Notes: generated by a model not told the origin, from the letters alone. Counted from the stretch's first letter, positions 45,023 to 55,233 are shown. The stretch is DNA of 64,000 nt from Candidatus Yanofskybacteria bacterium RIFCSPHIGHO2_01_FULL_41_21 (GCA_001794025.1 MGJA01000012.1:8455-72454); one strand, 5' to 3'. Numbers and translations: made by a program.

Positions 45023-46281
45023 TTGATTTCTTTGAATCCGCAATATTTTTGGAGGACTTTGGGGATTTTAATGGAACCGTTTTTTTGTTGGAAGTTTTCT
45101 ATGATGGCAATTGGCCAGCGACTTGAATAATTAATGGCCGTGCCGTTAAGTGTGTGAACAAATTCAGTATCGCCGTTTTCTTTTCGGTAACGAATATTTA
45201 ATCGGCGGGCCTGAAAGTCAGTGCAATTAGAAGCACTGGTAATTTCTCCGTATCCGCCGGTTGATGAGGCGGAGTCGCCTTTCATGACCATCCAGGCCTC
45301 AATATCAAATTTACGGTAAGCCGGCCCACCTAGATCTTGGCTCGCCACGTCTATCACACGATATGGGAATCCAAGTCCACTAGCAATTTCACGTTCAATG
45401 GTTAAAATTTCCTGATGCATTACTTCACTTTCTTCGGGTTTACAAAAAACAAACATCTCTAATTTCACGAATTGATGGACCCGATACATACCTTTTGAAG
45501 TCCGACCATAAGCTCCGGCTTCGGTACGAAAACAATGAGACAAAGCCACATATTTCTTTGGACCCTTAGAAAGATCTAGAATTTCGTTGGCGTGATATCC
45601 CCCGATTGTAATCTCGGCTGTTCCTATTAAAGATAGGTCATTATTATCAATTGAATATATTTGTGTTTCCGGGCCGCGGGGATTAAATCCGATTCCTTCC
45701 AAAATTTCGTCTTTGGCTAAATCGGGGGTCTCCATTAATTCATAACCATGTTTGGTAACAATATCAATGCCGTACTGAATCAGGGCCTGATTTAATCGGA
45801 CCAAGTCACCTTTAGAAAAGAAAAACTTATTACCGGCTACTTTGGTACCACGTTCAAAATCTATCAGACCTAAATCCAGCAAAATGGCTTCGTGGTCTTT
45901 TGGTTCAAAATTAAACTTTGGTATTTTGCCTTCGGTTGCCAGGACTTTGAAATCCTCCTCTCCACCGATGGGAGTTTCGGGATGGGTTAAATTGGGTACT
46001 GCTTTTAATAATTTATTATAATCAATCTCAATAGTTGCCAACTCTTTTTCAAGCGTCGCTATCTGATCACCGACTTGGCGCATTTTGGCGATATCTTCCT
46101 CGCTCGGTTTGCCTTTGGAACCCTGATTTCTTTGGGCCCGTAATTCTTCAATTTGAGCCATATGCGCCCGACGATCACGATCAAGCGTTAAAAGATTATC
46201 CAAATCCAAAACCACACCTCTGTTTTTCAAATTTTCTTTTATCAGTTCCGCGTGTTCGCGAATATATTTTATATCAAGCAT
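45010..46281 (-). CDS. serS: seryl-tRNA synthetase
   Basis: N-terminal coiled-coil arm. Class II motifs 2 (FRTEAGAYGR-like: CFRTEAGAYGRTSKGMYRVHQF) and 3 (GGYG...). 423 aa. Confidence 0.9.
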   Translation of the reverse strand: MLDIKYIREHAELIKENLKNRGVVLDLDNLLTLDRDRRAHMAQIEELRAQRNQGSKGKPSEEDIAKMRQVGDQIATLEKELATIEIDYNKLLKAVPNLTHPETPIGGEEDFKVLATEGKIPKFNFEPKDHEAILLDLGLIDFERGTKVAGNKFFFSKGDLVRLNQALIQYGIDIVTKHGYELMETPDLAKDEILEGIGFNPRGPETQIYSIDNNDLSLIGTAEITIGGYHANEILDLSKGPKKYVALSHCFRTEAGAYGRTSKGMYRVHQFVKLEMFVFCKPEESEVMHQEILTIEREIASGLGFPYRVIDVASQDLGGPAYRKFDIEAWMVMKGDSASSTGGYGEITSASNCTDFQARRLNIRYRKENGDTEFVHTLNGTAINYSSRWPIAIIENFQQKNGSIKIPKVLQKYCGFKEIKSRT

Positions 46282-46282
46282 T

Positions 46283-46322
46283 TTTTAGGATTTAGAACTT
46301 AGGAATTAGGACTTAGAACTTA
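46283..46322. repeat. tandem heptamer array NNNNTAG (GATTTAG-AACTTAG-GAATTAG-GACTTAG-AACTTAG) between serS and lysS
   Basis: Same heptamer family as the arrays flanking the four-helix-bundle gene. Confidence 0.35.
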
Positions 46323-46353
46323 GTTTCTGACCCTATGTCCTAATGGCTAATTA

Positions 46354-47688
46354 CTAGTGGCTATCTTTGGGTCGCATGGTTGGGAAAAGAATAACTTCGC
46401 GCAGGGAATGGGAATCGGTTAAAAGGGCGACGAGGCGGTCAATGCCGATACCGAAGCCGGCTGAAGGTGGCATGCCGTATTCAAGGGCTTCAATGAAATC
46501 ATTGTCCATGCGTTGAGCTTCTTCATCACCTTTGGCGCGCATATTTTCTTGGGCCTTAAATCTTTCCTGTTGATCAATCGGGTCGTTTAATTCGGTGAAG
46601 GCCTTAACTAGCTCTGTTCCGCCGGCATAAAATTGAAAGGCCTCTACGACATCCGTACCGGGCTTTAATTTAGTAAGAGGTAACATATCTTTTGGATAGT
46701 CCATAACAAATGTTGGTTCAATCAGTGTCCCCCGAATTTTTTCTTTAAAAACAGTGTCCTCCAAACTGCCAACGTCCTGCATGAGTTCTTTGTAGGTAAT
46801 TCGGCGAAATGGTTTTTTGAATCTTTCAGGCGCAATTGTAACCATTAAGTCCTCAATAAAATCCATACCCCAATTATAGTCCTTATAAGCGACATAAAAT
46901 TCTACGGCTGAAAATTCAGGATTGTGTTCTCGATCAATGCCTTCATTTCTAAAATTAGTGGTAAATTCAAAAACCCGATCTAACCCGCCAACCAAAAGAC
47001 GCTTTAAATATAGTTCCGGCGCAATACGAAGAAACATATCTTGATCAAGAGCATTTAAATGGGTCTTGAACGGGCGGGCAGAAGCACCACCATATAACGG
47101 TTGCAGAGTCGGTGTGGTTACTTCCAAAAATTCATGTTTCATTAAATAGTGACGAATGGCTTGGATAATCTCGGCGCGCTTGATAAATTTCTCGCGAACT
47201 TCAGTACTCATCAATAAATCAAGATAGCGTTTACGGAAACGTTCTTCCACATCAATCAATCCGTGCCACTTTTCCGGCAACGGCAAAAGGGTCTTGGTCA
47301 ATATCCCTATTTCGGTGGCTTCTATAGTGCGTTCGTCTTTTTTGGTTTTGAAAAGAGTTCCCCTAACCTCAATGATGTCACCAATATCAATCAGTTCATT
47401 AAAAAATTTAAACCCATCCGCGCCAAGGGTGTCTTCTTTGGCACAACCTTGGATTTTTGAACCATCTTCATTCAAGTCAAAGAAAATAAGTCCGCCATGT
47501 CCACGTTGGGCCATAATCCTGCCAGCTAGGGTTACCTCTTTTTTTGACTCTGCAAGTTCATCAAATCTTTCCAATGCTTCAACCACGCTCATTGAGCGTT
47601 TTGTTGTCGCCGGATACGGATCTATCCCCATCTTCCGTATTTCCTTCAACTTATCCATTTTTACTTGCCGAATATCATCAAGAGCCAT
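46354..47688 (-). CDS. lysS: lysyl-tRNA synthetase (class II)
   Basis: OB-fold N-domain and class II catalytic core (motif 2 FRNEG, motif 3 GIGIDRL). Start is likely the internal Met (MALDDIRQ) rather than the ORF-track 47727. Confidence 0.9.
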   Translation of the reverse strand: MALDDIRQVKMDKLKEIRKMGIDPYPATTKRSMSVVEALERFDELAESKKEVTLAGRIMAQRGHGGLIFFDLNEDGSKIQGCAKEDTLGADGFKFFNELIDIGDIIEVRGTLFKTKKDERTIEATEIGILTKTLLPLPEKWHGLIDVEERFRKRYLDLLMSTEVREKFIKRAEIIQAIRHYLMKHEFLEVTTPTLQPLYGGASARPFKTHLNALDQDMFLRIAPELYLKRLLVGGLDRVFEFTTNFRNEGIDREHNPEFSAVEFYVAYKDYNWGMDFIEDLMVTIAPERFKKPFRRITYKELMQDVGSLEDTVFKEKIRGTLIEPTFVMDYPKDMLPLTKLKPGTDVVEAFQFYAGGTELVKAFTELNDPIDQQERFKAQENMRAKGDEEAQRMDNDFIEALEYGMPPSAGFGIGIDRLVALLTDSHSLREVILFPTMRPKDSH

Positions 47689-47878
47689 CCGAGTAGTAGA
47701 AGTTCCGGAATAATAATACAGACCCAAGCAGCCGGAACTTCACTACTTGGTTCATAGTATTAAGTATATAGTATTACGTATTATGTATCCAGAGCTTTAA
47801 AATATCAAATAAAACTAAACGCCGTCTCGGAACACCTCCTTGTTAGTGATGGCGTTTAGTGAGACGGCGGAAATTTGG

Positions 47879-49222
47879 CTAAGAGGGGGTGGGCAACGAG
47901 ATTCCCAGTTCTTCAACAAGAACACGCTTTACTTCAGCGACTGGGTCTTTTTCGTTAAGGACTTGGCGACCTAACACGATGTAATTAGCACCGTTTTCAA
48001 TGGCCCGTTTCGGCCTAGCAATCTCATCTGACCTGACTCCCGGCGTGACAAAAATCTTATCGAACGGGAACATTGCTTTCAGGCGTGAAACCTCTTGCGG
48101 TGGGCATACAAAACCGTCTGTCCTACCATTGTCAGCTTCAGTTGCCAGTCGTTTGACAGTATTGAGCAAAGTTTTTCTGTAGATCATCTTGCAGTCATCG
48201 TCACTCAAAGACGTCAGAGCCGTAATTGCCAAGACCTTGGTATTAGTATTGAATAATGCTTCCTTAGCAGCCCTGACCATTCTCATACCGCCCGAGGCGT
48301 GAACTGTTACGGCCCACACATTATGTTTGGCCAGACGCCGACAAGTGTTTTCAACGGTATTGGGAATATCGTGACACTTGAGATCAACCATGATTCGTCC
48401 ATAGACGGACAGTTCCGGCAACAAGTGATCCATTCCTTCAGCAAACAATAAATCATTCACCTTAAGAATGCACCCCATTGTCCGCAACTGTTCTACGATT
48501 GGCAGAATTTCATCCCACGACTTGCCATCAAGGGCAACAATGATTGGGTTTTGTTCTTTGACCGCCTCGTCGCATTGCTTCATCTCGCCCATATTGATGA
48601 GCTCACGGCGGACGTCATGAAGTGTCATCCCAGACCAAACATCAACACCCAAAATTCGCATGGTTTCTTTCCAGCCCTGCTGACGATCAACCAGAACCAC
48701 CAGAGCCAGGACGTCAAGACCAAGATTGAAGCACTCATTACAAGGAATGAACTTCGTCGTGCCATCGGTAATAACGTCGTCAATCAGACAGACCTGTTCG
48801 CCTTTGACGGCATCACCAATCACTTTTGCATTGCCGACACGGCCTTCTTTGGCCTCGCCCCGAATCGTGAGATACGGGATATTTGAAGCCACCGATAGTG
48901 TTCCGGCAAAACAAGAAACCGAGTCCGGTATTTCTACGAACCGCTGAACATTGAGCCGTTGCAACGGCTCCATGAACAGTTCTGTAAGAAAACTGATAGC
49001 TTTGGAATTATTTCGCGCATCACGCAAGTTGATATAGATGTCCGTTTTGCCACCACTCGCCAAGGGTAGGTTCCGACCGTTATCAAACTCCAACAATCCG
49101 AAGTCAAGTAGACGCCTGACAACTTCCCGTTGGTGCTCGCGCGGAATCCACGGCTGTTTCATTGATAATAGTTTCAAGGTACACACTCCTCCAGCCAAAT
49201 TTGGCTGGCCATATTCTGCCAT
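47879..49222 (-). CDS. bifunctional orotate phosphoribosyltransferase / orotidine-5'-phosphate decarboxylase (PyrE-PyrF fusion, UMP-synthase-like order)
   Basis: N-terminal PRTase motif VCLIDDVITDGTT. C-terminal ODCase motifs IVALDG, DLKCHDIPNT, VHASGG, VTPGVR, LGRQV. Local GC is visibly higher than the surroundings. Confidence 0.85.
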   Translation of the reverse strand: MAEYGQPNLAGGVCTLKLLSMKQPWIPREHQREVVRRLLDFGLLEFDNGRNLPLASGGKTDIYINLRDARNNSKAISFLTELFMEPLQRLNVQRFVEIPDSVSCFAGTLSVASNIPYLTIRGEAKEGRVGNAKVIGDAVKGEQVCLIDDVITDGTTKFIPCNECFNLGLDVLALVVLVDRQQGWKETMRILGVDVWSGMTLHDVRRELINMGEMKQCDEAVKEQNPIIVALDGKSWDEILPIVEQLRTMGCILKVNDLLFAEGMDHLLPELSVYGRIMVDLKCHDIPNTVENTCRRLAKHNVWAVTVHASGGMRMVRAAKEALFNTNTKVLAITALTSLSDDDCKMIYRKTLLNTVKRLATEADNGRTDGFVCPPQEVSRLKAMFPFDKIFVTPGVRSDEIARPKRAIENGANYIVLGRQVLNEKDPVAEVKRVLVEELGISLPTPS

Positions 49223-49328
49223 TTCGTATAAATAAAATCAAGCAAACCCCTTAAAAATCCAAGGTGGAACCTTATATTTTTAAGTTGACATTATAACTAT
49301 CCTAGTATATAATACGCAACAGACGGCT

Positions 49329-49823
49329 TTGTTTCCGCCCACAATGGGCAAGGAGGTTGCGATGGGTTTGAAAAAGTTGAATCGGTTGACACCAGTGATG
49401 ATGGACGATATCGTTGCTGGTCAGACGTACATCAGAGTAATTGTAGATGTGTACGGCTGGATGAGATTGTCGTACCAAGTTTTCTACGGAAGGGCTTTCA
49501 AAGACAAAGCGATTGTTGTGGATTCTTGGTGGATTAGAATCTCTGAAAACGGGAGAGCAGTTCAGGTTCAGTCATTAACGGATATGGGTATGGATCCATC
49601 CCATTTTCACAACGACCATCGAACCTTCAGAAACACGGGGAAAAACGAGCAGAAGCTCAATGATCTCGTAGAACGCCAAGCTCTCGCCGAGTACCTTACT
49701 CTCATTGGTTACAGTGACCCAAAAGATGAGGTTGCCAAGATTAAGGTTCAAGGTGAAGATCACCGTAGATTCGCTCGCGTGTTAGACAGCATGAAATATG
49801 AATCGGATGATCTTTCGCTTTAA
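49329..49823 (+). CDS. hypothetical protein
   Basis: 164-aa ORF in the GC-richer patch. No family recognised. Confidence 0.4.
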   Translation: MFPPTMGKEVAMGLKKLNRLTPVMMDDIVAGQTYIRVIVDVYGWMRLSYQVFYGRAFKDKAIVVDSWWIRISENGRAVQVQSLTDMGMDPSHFHNDHRTFRNTGKNEQKLNDLVERQALAEYLTLIGYSDPKDEVAKIKVQGEDHRRFARVLDSMKYESDDLSL

Positions 49824-49907
49824 CCGAACCACCCCCCGGACGACTAGGACGTCCGGGGGTAAATTATTTTATACAAAAAAATCACTTAAAGTAACCAGGA
49901 GTCCTTG

Positions 49908-50068
49908 CCAATTTGAGACAATCGAGACGTTGCAGGAGTTGGTTGATATAATATTTGGTCAGCAGACCGATCAACCAACGAACTGCAATGCGAGTTTAGC
50001 TGAGGTGACGAAGGTAGCCCGAAGGGTACCGAGGAGCCGGAGGCGTGTCGAGAATGGTAAGGACTCTT
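49908..50068. repeat. Family B structured element, copy B2, ending 2 nt before the greA stop codon
   Basis: See 11905..12065. Confidence 0.55.
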
Positions 50069-50070
50069 GG

Positions 50071-50532
50071 TTACTTAACTTCCAAAATCTTGTACTGCTC
50101 TATACCGCGAGGGGTGCGGACTTCGACAGTGTCGCCTTTTTTGTGGCCGAGGAAGGCCTTACCAAGAGGTGACTCATTGGAGATAAACCCGGCGGTTGGG
50201 TTTGATTCGGTCACGCCGACAATAACAAATTGCTGAGAACCTTTACCGGATTCAACCTTAACATTTGAACCGACAACAACAACTCCACCGGACTTGGCGC
50301 CGTCAGATACAATAATGGCATTTTCAATGGTTTGACGGATTTCTTCTATTCGCCCTTCATTGATTGATTGGGCTTCTTTGGCGGCATCAAACTCGGCATT
50401 TTCGGATAAGTCGCCCTGTTCTTTTGCCTCTTTGATACGCTTGGAAATTTCCGGGCGAAGAACACTAGTTCTTTCCAAAAGCTCATTTTTAAGTTTTTCC
50501 AGACCTTCCTTGCTAAAATATTGGTTAGACAT
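50071..50532 (-). CDS. greA: transcription elongation factor GreA
   Basis: 153 aa. N-terminal coiled-coil with acidic tip (DLSENAEFD), C-terminal FKBP-like domain. Confidence 0.9.
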   Translation of the reverse strand: MSNQYFSKEGLEKLKNELLERTSVLRPEISKRIKEAKEQGDLSENAEFDAAKEAQSINEGRIEEIRQTIENAIIVSDGAKSGGVVVVGSNVKVESGKGSQQFVIVGVTESNPTAGFISNESPLGKAFLGHKKGDTVEVRTPRGIEQYKILEVK

Positions 50533-50701
50533 TCAATAAATGGGGTTATATTGCTTTTATGATACCGAACTATACTACGATTATTATCATTCTGCAAGAT
50601 GATGTGGATAAATATATCTTTCCTACTAATTACAAATATTTACTAATGTACAAATAAAGAATTCTGTATTCGTATATTTGTATTGATTAGTAATTAGTAG
50701 T

Positions 50702-52651
50702 TCATCGTGTGAAGTACCATTTCAAAACATTATTGGCGGTGCGGATGGCTAAACCATCAATGATGGGATTTTCCACCAATATTGTCATAGCGATTTGGGG
50801 ATGATCAAACGGCGCAAAAACTGTAAAAAGAGAATTGATTTGTTGGCCACTAACTACCTGTGTAGTACCGGTTTTGGCTCCGACCGTAACGGGTAAGTCA
50901 TTTAATAAGGTTGCGGTTCCTGATAAAATTGTTTCTCTCATATCTTCTTTCATGATTGTCATATTCTGATCACTGAAAGGAAGTTTACCGATAATTTTAG
51001 GATCAAAAGTTTCAAGAGTATCTTTATTATTATCAACGATCCGGCTCGCGACTTGGGGCTTATAAATTGTTCCACCATTTGCAATCGCGGAGAGATAGGT
51101 GTTAAGCCAAAGAGGAGTAACGGATAAATCGCCCTGACCAATAGAGATGTTGTAGGTGTCTCCTTGATACCATGGCTCGCCTCTTGTCTCTTCTTTCCAA
51201 TCCGGTGTAGGCACAAAACCACGGCCTTCACCGGGCAAATCAATACCCAAAACCTTATCAACAAAACTATTTTTAAAATATTGCACCATTTTGTTAACCC
51301 CGAGACCAACAATGTCACCGAATCCACCGCCCACAGAAGCAAAGAAAATATTGCAGGAATTAGCGATAGAACGACGCAAATTAAATGGGCCAAGATCTAC
51401 TCGCCAGTTATGAAAAGTATAGGCATCATCGGGATTAAATGGATTAAGAATAGAAATACTAATACAATCCTGAATTGTGGTATTAGGTGTAATTACATGC
51501 TCCTGTAAACCCATTAAACCGATTAAGGGCTTAATGGTTGAACCCGGATTATAGATACCGCTTACAACCCTATTAAATAAGGGTCGGCCTGGATTTTTAA
51601 ATATTAAATTATATTCGGCTTGAGATAGAGTGCCTGAAAAAATATTATTATCAAATCCCGGGAAACTGACCATTGCCAAAACTGCGCCCGTTTGAGGGTT
51701 TTGAATAATCGCTGCTCCCCGAGATAAACCCGCACCAACCAAAACACTTCGAAGTTCTTTATAAAGATGTTCCTGGAGTTCCGAATCAATATTCAAAACA
51801 ATATTCCCTCCATTTTTGGCATCAATATTTATTGTATTGGTTGTATCGCCAAAAAATATCCGACCATGTTCACCGCGAAGTATTGATTCATATTGGGCCT
51901 CAATACCCATTCGACCGATAGTGTCAGTGGCCATATAATATTGGTCTTCTTTGAGATCGTCTTTATTTACTTTACCAACATACCCAAGCACAGTTGAAAA
52001 TTCCGGCCCATTTACATAAACCCGCTGAACATCGGGAATGATATAGATACCCGGAGTATTAAGGCCTTGAATGGCCAGAATTTGTTCTTTTTTTAAATTA
52101 TTGGAAATGAAAAAGACATTTGCCTGTTGAACTTGTTCATTAAGCATCGTCCTAAGAGTATCGGCGTCCATATTCAAGGCCGAGCCAAGTTGCTCAAGGT
52201 TAAGTGTTTCATTCTTGAGAGCTGTTTTAACTTCCTTAGAAACAGCAACCACATCAAATTGAGGAATATTTTTAACTAACGGTTGACCAAGTTTATCAAA
52301 AATAATTCCCCGAGCCGGTGGAATGGAAAAATTTGCAGAGCGATTTTGAAAAGCAAGATTTGAATAATATGAATGGTTAATAATACTCAAATTAGCGCTC
52401 GCCAAAAACATAAACCCCAGTACTCCCGTCACGCCCCAAAATATCACCCTAAAGATAGTGGGGCGAATTGGCCGTTCAATATCCGAAAACGTACTATCAC
52501 CATCCAAAAGGGTCTCCTCCGGAGCAATGACATGATCCTCAATGTTGACATGGTATTCTTTAGGCATAGTTAAATTTTCACTACCCGGCATTTTTGGGGT
52601 AATAAATAAAACGAAATATAAAAAGTGCGACAACGAGCTCAATCGCGACAA
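50702..52651 (-). CDS. mrdA: penicillin-binding protein 2 (elongasome transpeptidase)
   Basis: SxxK (GSTIKP), SxN (ANSCN) and KTGT (GAKTGTTQ) motifs. N-terminal TM and dimerisation domain. N-terminal codons MPGSENLT are encoded by a Family C half-element, so the true start may be the internal Met at about 52561. Confidence 0.85.
   Translation of the reverse strand: MSRLSSLSHFLYFVLFITPKMPGSENLTMPKEYHVNIEDHVIAPEETLLDGDSTFSDIERPIRPTIFRVIFWGVTGVLGFMFLASANLSIINHSYYSNLAFQNRSANFSIPPARGIIFDKLGQPLVKNIPQFDVVAVSKEVKTALKNETLNLEQLGSALNMDADTLRTMLNEQVQQANVFFISNNLKKEQILAIQGLNTPGIYIIPDVQRVYVNGPEFSTVLGYVGKVNKDDLKEDQYYMATDTIGRMGIEAQYESILRGEHGRIFFGDTTNTINIDAKNGGNIVLNIDSELQEHLYKELRSVLVGAGLSRGAAIIQNPQTGAVLAMVSFPGFDNNIFSGTLSQAEYNLIFKNPGRPLFNRVVSGIYNPGSTIKPLIGLMGLQEHVITPNTTIQDCISISILNPFNPDDAYTFHNWRVDLGPFNLRRSIANSCNIFFASVGGGFGDIVGLGVNKMVQYFKNSFVDKVLGIDLPGEGRGFVPTPDWKEETRGEPWYQGDTYNISIGQGDLSVTPLWLNTYLSAIANGGTIYKPQVASRIVDNNKDTLETFDPKIIGKLPFSDQNMTIMKEDMRETILSGTATLLNDLPVTVGAKTGTTQVVSGQQINSLFTVFAPFDHPQIAMTILVENPIIDGLAIRTANNVLKWYFTR
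52573..52588. repeat. Family C half-element (solo TIR AATTTTCACTACCCGG) at the PBP2 start
   Basis: Matches the right-hand TIR of C-c and C-e. No partner TIR within 150 nt. Confidence 0.35.
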
Positions 52652-53102
52652 TAATAATTACTACCGGAGAAAATACAATCCGGAACAAAGTTGACGGACT
52701 AAGTCCTGATTCATATGCCAAACGACTTATTACCCACAGCGCCCCTTCACCAACAGCAAAAATAACAATTCCGAATAAAGTAAACGGGATAATAGTTCCG
52801 AAGAAATTATTTTCGTTCATTGATTCTATATTTAAAAATTTAAAAAAAACATGTCCGATCCATGCCATCACTAGCCATGTCCCTATAATCACACCGAAAT
52901 ATGCTCCAAGAATTAGTTCGGTAACGCCAGCGATAATTATTCCGGAACCAATCACCCAACGATGAACACCGAAAGTTATCATTAAAGCCAATAAAAACAC
53001 CAGTATTCCAAAACCAGCAGGTAAACTGGTTAACGCCGGTAGAATGATACCGTCACTGACAAAGATAATAAACCAAATAACAACAACTAGGAGACGTCTC
53101 AT
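52581..53102 (-). CDS. mreD: rod shape-determining protein MreD
   Basis: 173-aa polytopic membrane protein in the conserved position between mreC and mrdA. Confidence 0.55.
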   Translation of the reverse strand: MRRLLVVVIWFIIFVSDGIILPALTSLPAGFGILVFLLALMITFGVHRWVIGSGIIIAGVTELILGAYFGVIIGTWLVMAWIGHVFFKFLNIESMNENNFFGTIIPFTLFGIVIFAVGEGALWVISRLAYESGLSPSTLFRIVFSPVVIIIVAIELVVALFIFRFIYYPKNAG

Positions 53103-53884
53103 TACCGTATAACAACGACCGAACCTTGACCAGGTTGAACCGAAGGATTAACACTTATTTTTTTAAAAAGTTGGGTGTCATTATTATCAATATTCCGAAC
53201 AACCCCAATCACTAAACCGGCCGGAGTTGTATCGTCTCCTGTTGTAATAATTATATCTTCTTCCGAAATGACATCGACCTGGGTGATAAGGTTAAAATTC
53301 ATGCCATCAGCCAATGCGCCATGGATAATACCGCTGGTTTGACCGTTTAATACACGGGCGGTAACTGAAAAGGCGGGATCAGTTATAAGCATCACTCGAG
53401 ATGACGTTGAAAAAACTGAACTTATTTTACCGATAAGCTCTCCATTCAAAGAAACAGCCATTTGGTCCACAGTGACTCCATCCGTCAATCCCTTGTTAAT
53501 CAACGCGTAATGGCCATCGGGTCCAAGAGAGATGTTAAATATTCCGGCCGACAACAAATCACGTTTTAAACGGGTCTTCAGACCAATTGCTTTTTTTAAA
53601 ATATCATTTTCGTTTTGGAGCGCTTCAATAGTCGCCAAGGTTGAGACCTGATTGGCGATTAAATCACGGAGCTTGGCGTTTTCAGTAGATAAATTTTTCC
53701 ATTGTTTAACATATCCGAACCATTCCCTTGTCTGGCCGACAATATCAAATAACGAAACCCCCGCAGATATCCCCGGCGCATATTGACGACGCACAGCGTG
53801 AAGCAAAACAATGTTTAGGGCGATTAGGACCGTAAGAATTATGGCTGAAATAAATAATAGTTTAGAAATATTTTCACTGCGCAT
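53102..53884 (-). CDS. mreC: rod shape-determining protein MreC
   Basis: N-terminal TM, coiled-coil, then beta-domains with G-rich motifs (LINKGLTDGVTVDQMAV ... GQTSGIIHG). Confidence 0.8.
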   Translation of the reverse strand: MRSENISKLLFISAIILTVLIALNIVLLHAVRRQYAPGISAGVSLFDIVGQTREWFGYVKQWKNLSTENAKLRDLIANQVSTLATIEALQNENDILKKAIGLKTRLKRDLLSAGIFNISLGPDGHYALINKGLTDGVTVDQMAVSLNGELIGKISSVFSTSSRVMLITDPAFSVTARVLNGQTSGIIHGALADGMNFNLITQVDVISEEDIIITTGDDTTPAGLVIGVVRNIDNNDTQLFKKISVNPSVQPGQGSVVVIR

Positions 53885-54020
53885 CCGGGATAGTAGAAAT
53901 TCGACCTGCGCTTTAGGTTTTTATACCTAAATGCGTACTATCGAATATCATTAAAAACATAATTATGACAAATATTTAATCTAGGCGCCAAAAAAACCCA
54001 GTCGAATTTTCACTACCCGG
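53885..54020. mobile_element. Family C MITE-like element, long copy (C-c), abutting the mreC ATG
   Basis: TIRs CCGGGATAGTAGAAATTCGAC ... GTCGAATTTTCACTACCCGG. Interior shares GACCTGCGCTTTAGGTTTTT and AAACCCAGTCG with C-e. Confidence 0.55.
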
Positions 54021-54025
54021 CATCG

Positions 54026-55075
54026 TTAAAACAAATTATCGCTTTGCGTGGATAAAAGCATCGGACGAAGTTCATCAAGATGTTCAAGCACAAAACCACA
54101 ACCACGAGCGACCGCCGTCAGTGGATCATCTACAATTTTAACATCTAATTTTGTTTCATGAGAAATCAATTCATCAAAACCTTTCAGAAGCGCGCCCCCA
54201 CCAGCTAAGTAAATGTTGCGATTAACTAAGTCGGCCGTCAGTTCTGGTGGAATTTCTTCAATTGTATTTTTAATGGCGGACACAATACTCTTAACCGACC
54301 TTTGCATAGCTGTCCTAATTTCTTCTGAAGTAACCACAACTTCTTTTGGTAATCCCGAAACCAAATCCCGGCCTCGAATTCGGCCTTCAAGTTCTTCCTC
54401 CAGCGGATAGGCGGAACCGAGATGAATTTTTAAATTTTCGGCCGTTGCTTCGCCGACCAGCAGATTTCGTTCTTGACGCATATAACGAAGAATATCGTCA
54501 GTGAGCTTGTCTCCGGCAACCCGAAGAGAGCGTGAAGCAATCATCCCGCCCATTGAAATCACCGCCACTTCCGTAGTGCCACCACCCATATCAACAATTA
54601 CGTTAGCTACTGCATCTTGAACGGGCAGACGCGAACCAATCGCGGCGGCCATCGGTTCTTCAATTAAATAGACCTCTCGGGCGCCGGCGCTATAAGCAGC
54701 ATCTTCAACCGCACGCTTTTCCACTTCGGTCACACCTGATGGTACACCAATCACAACTCTTGGCCGAGGTAATAATGAAAATCGGCCCTGATGAACTTTG
54801 TCAATAAAATATTTGAGCATCTGCTCGGTAACTTCAAAATCCGAAACGACACCGTTCACCAACGGACGGGTAACAGTAATATAACCGGGTGTCCGGCCAA
54901 CCATGGTTCGGGCTTGAGTACCGATTGCCAGAATTTTTCCTGTTTTTTGATTTAAGGCGACAATTGACGGTTCATTGATTGTAATCCCCTTGTCATGCAC
55001 ATAAACCAGCGTATTTGCGGTTCCTAAATCAATCCCGATATCTTGTGACCAGAAGCTAAAAAGCTTATTTAACAT
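54026..55075 (-). CDS. mreB: rod shape-determining protein MreB
   Basis: Actin-fold motifs IGIDLGTANT, DMGGGTTEVAVIS, GGGALL. Confidence 0.95.
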   Translation of the reverse strand: MLNKLFSFWSQDIGIDLGTANTLVYVHDKGITINEPSIVALNQKTGKILAIGTQARTMVGRTPGYITVTRPLVNGVVSDFEVTEQMLKYFIDKVHQGRFSLLPRPRVVIGVPSGVTEVEKRAVEDAAYSAGAREVYLIEEPMAAAIGSRLPVQDAVANVIVDMGGGTTEVAVISMGGMIASRSLRVAGDKLTDDILRYMRQERNLLVGEATAENLKIHLGSAYPLEEELEGRIRGRDLVSGLPKEVVVTSEEIRTAMQRSVKSIVSAIKNTIEEIPPELTADLVNRNIYLAGGGALLKGFDELISHETKLDVKIVDDPLTAVARGCGFVLEHLDELRPMLLSTQSDNLF

Positions 55076-55124
55076 ATAAAAATAGTGTGCATTTTTATGA
55101 CAATCTCCAACGTGGATACCTTAG

Positions 55125-55191
55125 CCAGGTAGTGAAAGTTGTTGAGTATCTTCAGCGACTTTCAGTCGCAACAGCAACTTCTACTACCTGG
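55125..55191. mobile_element. Family C element, compact copy (C-d)
   Basis: CCAGGTAGTGAAAGTTG ... CAACTTCTACTACCTGG with internal GCGACTTTCAGTCGC hairpin. Lies between proS and mreB. Confidence 0.5.
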
Positions 55192-55233
55192 TTAGGATAT
55201 CAGAAAAAAGTGAGGAAACAAGAGGATAAAAAA

